A stretch of 64,000 nt of DNA from Planctomycetota bacterium (GTDB taxonomy: Bacteria; Planctomycetota; UBA1135). Each line of letters opens with the position of its first letter. Within the stretch, counting starts at the first letter, position 1. This document shows positions 61,005 to 64,000 of the stretch, one piece after another. The stretch spans positions 11,845 to 75,844 of the forward strand of contig JBDQJC010000001.1 of assembly GCA_040264055.1 (NCBI GenBank). The letters are read 5' to 3'. The notes beneath the pieces are model-generated. The model saw only the letters and a list, made by a program, of their open reading frames with translations. It searched no databases and was not told where the DNA came from. Both the position numbers and the translations under genes were made by a program.

Positions 61005-61933
61005 GGTGCCTGAAGTTTGGTGCGCAGTAAGCGCGCTGTGTCCAGCATGCGTGGGCCGGGTAAAAAAACATAGTCTTCCGTCAAGCCAAAAACGCGGCCA
61101 TCGCGCACCGCGGGCAGCTGGGAAAACGCCTCGCGCCACAGTGCGAGCCGTTCCGGATCGCTTTGCTCGCCACCCAACTCAAGAATGATTTCGGGCTTGA
61201 CGCGCAGCAGGGCTTCCTCGGCAAGATCGAAGTAGTCGCGTGCATGATCGGAATAAAAGTTGGCTCCACCAACATGGTCGAGCAGCTCGCCGAGAAAACT
61301 GCCACGGCCGGCCGCGAGCACCCGCGTGATCCGCTCCGAATCGCGACTGGCGACGATCAGAACCCGCGGACGCTGCGAGGGCTCAAGCGTCACCCCCATC
61401 CGCGCGTACTCCGCATTCCATTCCGCAAGCTGATCTTCGCAACGACTCAGAATTTCGAAGCGCACGCCATAACTCAGCACTTCGTTGCGCCATCCGTCGA
61501 TGCTCTGCGTTTTTTGCGCAACAAACGCAATCCCCGATTGCGCGCACCACTCCTTCAACCTTGGGTGGGACCCCTGCACGATGACCAGCTCCGGCTGCAA
61601 AGAGGCAATGCGCTCCAAGTTTGGATCGAGCTGCCCGCCGACGCGCGCTCGATCCGCCAACTCAGGGGATGCGCAGTAATCGGAAACTCCGACGACGCGT
61701 GCGCCAAGCCCAAGCCAAACCAAGGTTTCGGCGCTGCTCGGTCCGATGACAACCACGCGCTGCGGTACCGGACCACCAAGCGCGGCCGATGTCTCGGGCC
61801 GCGCTTCGCTGCCACAAGCGAGCAGGCCGAGCGCGGCAGCAAGTCCGCACAACGCCCCGCGCAATCTGCGGCGGAGCAGACTAATCGCGCTTCCCGGCTT
61901 CGGCGGAGTAGCTGTAGCCGTAGCCATATCCAT
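61001..61933 (-). CDS. ABC transporter periplasmic binding protein (Peripla_BP_2; BtuF/FhuD-like) lipoprotein
   Basis: Lipobox LGLLACGSE. RVVVIGPSSAETLVWLGLGARVVGVSDYC, PELVIVQG. The start is uncertain: ATG 61933/61927 overlap the Wzc-type gene 3' end, and CTG 61879 would avoid the overlap. Confidence 0.8.
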   Translation of the reverse strand: MDMATATATPPKPGSAISLLRRRLRGALCGLAAALGLLACGSEARPETSAALGGPVPQRVVVIGPSSAETLVWLGLGARVVGVSDYCASPELADRARVGGQLDPNLERIASLQPELVIVQGSHPRLKEWCAQSGIAFVAQKTQSIDGWRNEVLSYGVRFEILSRCEDQLAEWNAEYARMGVTLEPSQRPRVLIVASRDSERITRVLAAGRGSFLGELLDHVGGANFYSDHARDYFDLAEEALLRVKPEIILELGGEQSDPERLALWREAFSQLPAVRDGRVFGLTEDYVFLPGPRMLDTARLLRTKLQAP

Positions 61934-64000
61934 ACGAAGAATAGTCGCGCGCAAGACGGCTTGGGCGGTGACCATTCAAGATGGCGCCCAGCAGCGGCGC
62001 GCCGGACATGCGCAAGCGACGCGTGGCCTGCTCGACCACGTTCTCGGGCAAGAGGTCCGAACGGCAGAGCAAGAAGATCGCGTCAAGATTGTGCAAGAAC
62101 GAACTGGCGTCGGAAACCGCGAGCACCGGCGGCACGTCGTAGAGCACGTGATCGTATTGTTCTGCCCACATGCGGCTTAGCTCAGCGAGCTCGGTCGAGG
62201 CCAACAAGTCGGAAGGGTTCTTCACCGCCGAGCCGGCAGTCACGATCGTGAGGTTGGGGATTGACGTGTCGCGCAGTCCATCCTCGTGTTTCGCGCTGCC
62301 CCGCAGCACTTCCGAAAGACCCGGCGCGATCGCGCGTTCAAAGAACTTGTGCACCACGGGACGGCGCAGGTCGGCGTCGACCAGCAGCACGCGTTTGCCA
62401 CCTTGGGCCAGAGCGATGGCAAGGTCGGCGGTGGTCGTCGACTTTCCTTCGCCCTGCGCGGCGGATGTAATCGCCAGCGACTTCAACAGCTGCCCTTTTG
62501 AGGCGAACTGCAAGCTCGAGCGCAAGGCTCGGTAGGCTTCCGACGCCGAGGATTCGGGGTCGTCGATCAGGGCCAAGAAGACCTTCGAGCGCGCTCGGCG
62601 TGAACGCGCTAGGCCGCGGCGGAAGTCGGGAATCGTGCCAAAGACCGACAGGCGGGTAGCACCCTCCAACTGAGCGGCGGTGCGGATACGCCGCGTCATC
62701 GACTCTTGAATCAAGGCCAGCACGATGCCGAGGAAGATGCCGAACAAGCCGCCCAAAGCAAGGTTGACCCGCACATCAGGCTGCGAGCGAATCCGCGGCG
62801 GCAAGGCCTCGTCAATGATTTCGATCTCTTCGAGCGTGGCGGCTTGAATGATCTTGGCTTCTTGCAATTGGCCCAGCAGCAGCAAGTAGACGGTCTCGGC
62901 ACTGGTCGCCTTGCGCTGCAGCTTCGCAACTTCGCGTTCGGTGCGCGGCAGTTGCGCGAGCTCGCCTTCGTAGCGCGAAACGATTCCGGCAAGGTTCTGG
63001 TCTTGCGACTGCAAGCCCTTGAACTGGGCATCGAGGTGCAAGCGAATCGAGGCTCGTAGCTCATCGACGCGTTCCTTGGCCTCGATCAGTTCGGGCCATG
63101 CATCGGTGTACTCAACTTGCAGTTCGCGCACCGCCGCTTGCGCAGTGATCAAGTTGCGGAATAGCGACTCGGCGAGCGGGCTGAGCTGAATGCTGCCGAC
63201 AATCGACTCGACCGGCACCTCGTCCAATTCGAGCTGTCGCATGACTTCGCGATGCGCTTCAATGAGCATCGAAAGTCGAGCGCGCTCAAGATCCAGCCCA
63301 GTGATCTGATCAACCAGCGCCAAGCCGTTTTCAGAAAGCAGAGTCGCGCCGGACTCTTCCTGATAAGCAATCAGTGCATCCTCGGCTTCCTCGAGCTCTT
63401 TGTCGACGCGGCCGATCTCGCCGTCGATGAAAGTCATCGTGGCGCCGGCGCGGCGGGATACGCGATCGCGCTTGTAGGCGACGTAGATCTCGGCCAAGCC
63501 GTTCACCAAGCGTTGCGCTCGGTTGGGGTCGGTGTCCGAATACAGAATTTGGATGACGCCCGAACCGCGCTGCGTTTCGCGCACGATCAAGCGCGAAAGC
63601 ATGTCATCGATCGCGGCGCGCACGCCACGCAAAGTAATCCGGAAGCTGCGGCCGGCGAGTTCGCCATCCGGGATCAGAAGCAGTCGGCGGCCGTAGAACT
63701 CGACCTCGGTGCGTGGGCCTTCAAGCTTGTATTCTTTCGTGAGCTCTGCAAAGCCATTCGCAGTCGAGATCCGAACCGAATCATCGGTCAGGAAAACCAA
63801 GTTGAGCACCGTGATCGCGGTGTCGACATAGGGCCGCGGAAGCTCGACGCGCAAACCACCTAAAGGGTGCGGCGTGCGGAACAGGCGACGCTTCATCGTT
63901 GCGCGTGGCCAGTGCTTGTCGAGGTCATCGACGGTGACACTCAAACCCAAGCCCAACCCACGCGCGAAGTCGGGGAGGTCTTCGGTGTCTGGGTGGGTCA
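61881..64000 (-). CDS. Polysaccharide co-polymerase / tyrosine autokinase (Wzc/GumC-like), 5' end probably outside window
   Basis: Chain-length-determinant region, coiled coil and a second TM helix (LGGLFGIFLGIVLALI). BY-kinase Walker A AAQGEGKSTTTADLA, VLLVDADLRRP, and a C-terminal Tyr cluster YSSYGYGYGYSYS. The frame stays open upstream of 63956 to the window edge. Confidence 0.88.
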   Translation of the reverse strand, partial: THPDTEDLPDFARGLGLGLSVTVDDLDKHWPRATMKRRLFRTPHPLGGLRVELPRPYVDTAITVLNLVFLTDDSVRISTANGFAELTKEYKLEGPRTEVEFYGRRLLLIPDGELAGRSFRITLRGVRAAIDDMLSRLIVRETQRGSGVIQILYSDTDPNRAQRLVNGLAEIYVAYKRDRVSRRAGATMTFIDGEIGRVDKELEEAEDALIAYQEESGATLLSENGLALVDQITGLDLERARLSMLIEAHREVMRQLELDEVPVESIVGSIQLSPLAESLFRNLITAQAAVRELQVEYTDAWPELIEAKERVDELRASIRLHLDAQFKGLQSQDQNLAGIVSRYEGELAQLPRTEREVAKLQRKATSAETVYLLLLGQLQEAKIIQAATLEEIEIIDEALPPRIRSQPDVRVNLALGGLFGIFLGIVLALIQESMTRRIRTAAQLEGATRLSVFGTIPDFRRGLARSRRARSKVFLALIDDPESSASEAYRALRSSLQFASKGQLLKSLAITSAAQGEGKSTTTADLAIALAQGGKRVLLVDADLRRPVVHKFFERAIAPGLSEVLRGSAKHEDGLRDTSIPNLTIVTAGSAVKNPSDLLASTELAELSRMWAEQYDHVLYDVPPVLAVSDASSFLHNLDAIFLLCRSDLLPENVVEQATRRLRMSGAPLLGAILNGHRPSRLARDYSSYGYGYGYSYSAEAGKRD

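Noticed and set aside
60366-61139. 257-aa minus-strand ORF that would make the ABC importer cluster contiguous by replacing gmhA.
   Set aside because: The plus-strand product has unmistakable SIS/GmhA motifs (GNGGSAADAQH, ISTSGNS). The minus-strand translation is low-complexity with no motifs.

Overview
This is a GC-rich bacterial chromosomal segment with about 55 protein genes. I saw no rRNA, tRNA or CRISPR array. Long ORFs antisense to the real genes are common, as expected at this GC content.

Housekeeping genes: the 3' part of prfB, purH, a hemY-like oxidase, HIT and Trm112 proteins, a complete Pho block (phoB-phoR-pstS-pstC-pstA-pstB-phoU), gmhA, a B12/iron-type ABC importer, a FadB-like fusion enzyme, and a Wzc-type tyrosine autokinase whose 5' end lies outside the window.

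Accessory content:
- A TAT-exported enzyme operon (sugar-phosphate isomerase, FGE-fold lipoprotein, Gfo/Idh/MocA oxidoreductase).
- Two Cys-type sulfatases next to an operon of beta-barrel, 950-aa protein, beta-barrel.
- A metal-transporter/SPFH operon (thioredoxin-NHL, His-rich ZIP, PF03773 permease fused to an HflK-like domain, then HflC-like and HflK-like genes).
- An ABC ATPase, FtsX permease and DUF3299 trio whose permease carries a (His-Asp)n loop.
- Several large secreted repeat proteins (S8 protease, double DM13, LVIVD, FG-GAP, di-haem peroxidase).
- One intact 1137-bp IS with perfect 25-bp inverted repeats.

Observations most worth follow-up:
1. A shared ~100-aa C-terminal module on five otherwise unrelated secreted proteins, a candidate sorting or anchoring tag.
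2. An inverted pair of 83-86-nt hairpin elements with compensatory stem substitutions, bracketing a 310-bp non-coding core.
3. A hybrid sensor kinase split by a single in-frame TAG exactly between its Y_Y_Y domain and its transmembrane helix.
4. The triple-SPFH metal-transporter operon.
5. Tandem paralogous membrane proteins next to a stand-alone Cas4-like Fe-S nuclease.

The gene content resembles a PVC-like or similar marine/soil heterotroph, but that taxonomic guess is inference only. All functional calls rest on motifs read from the translations. No database search was possible.
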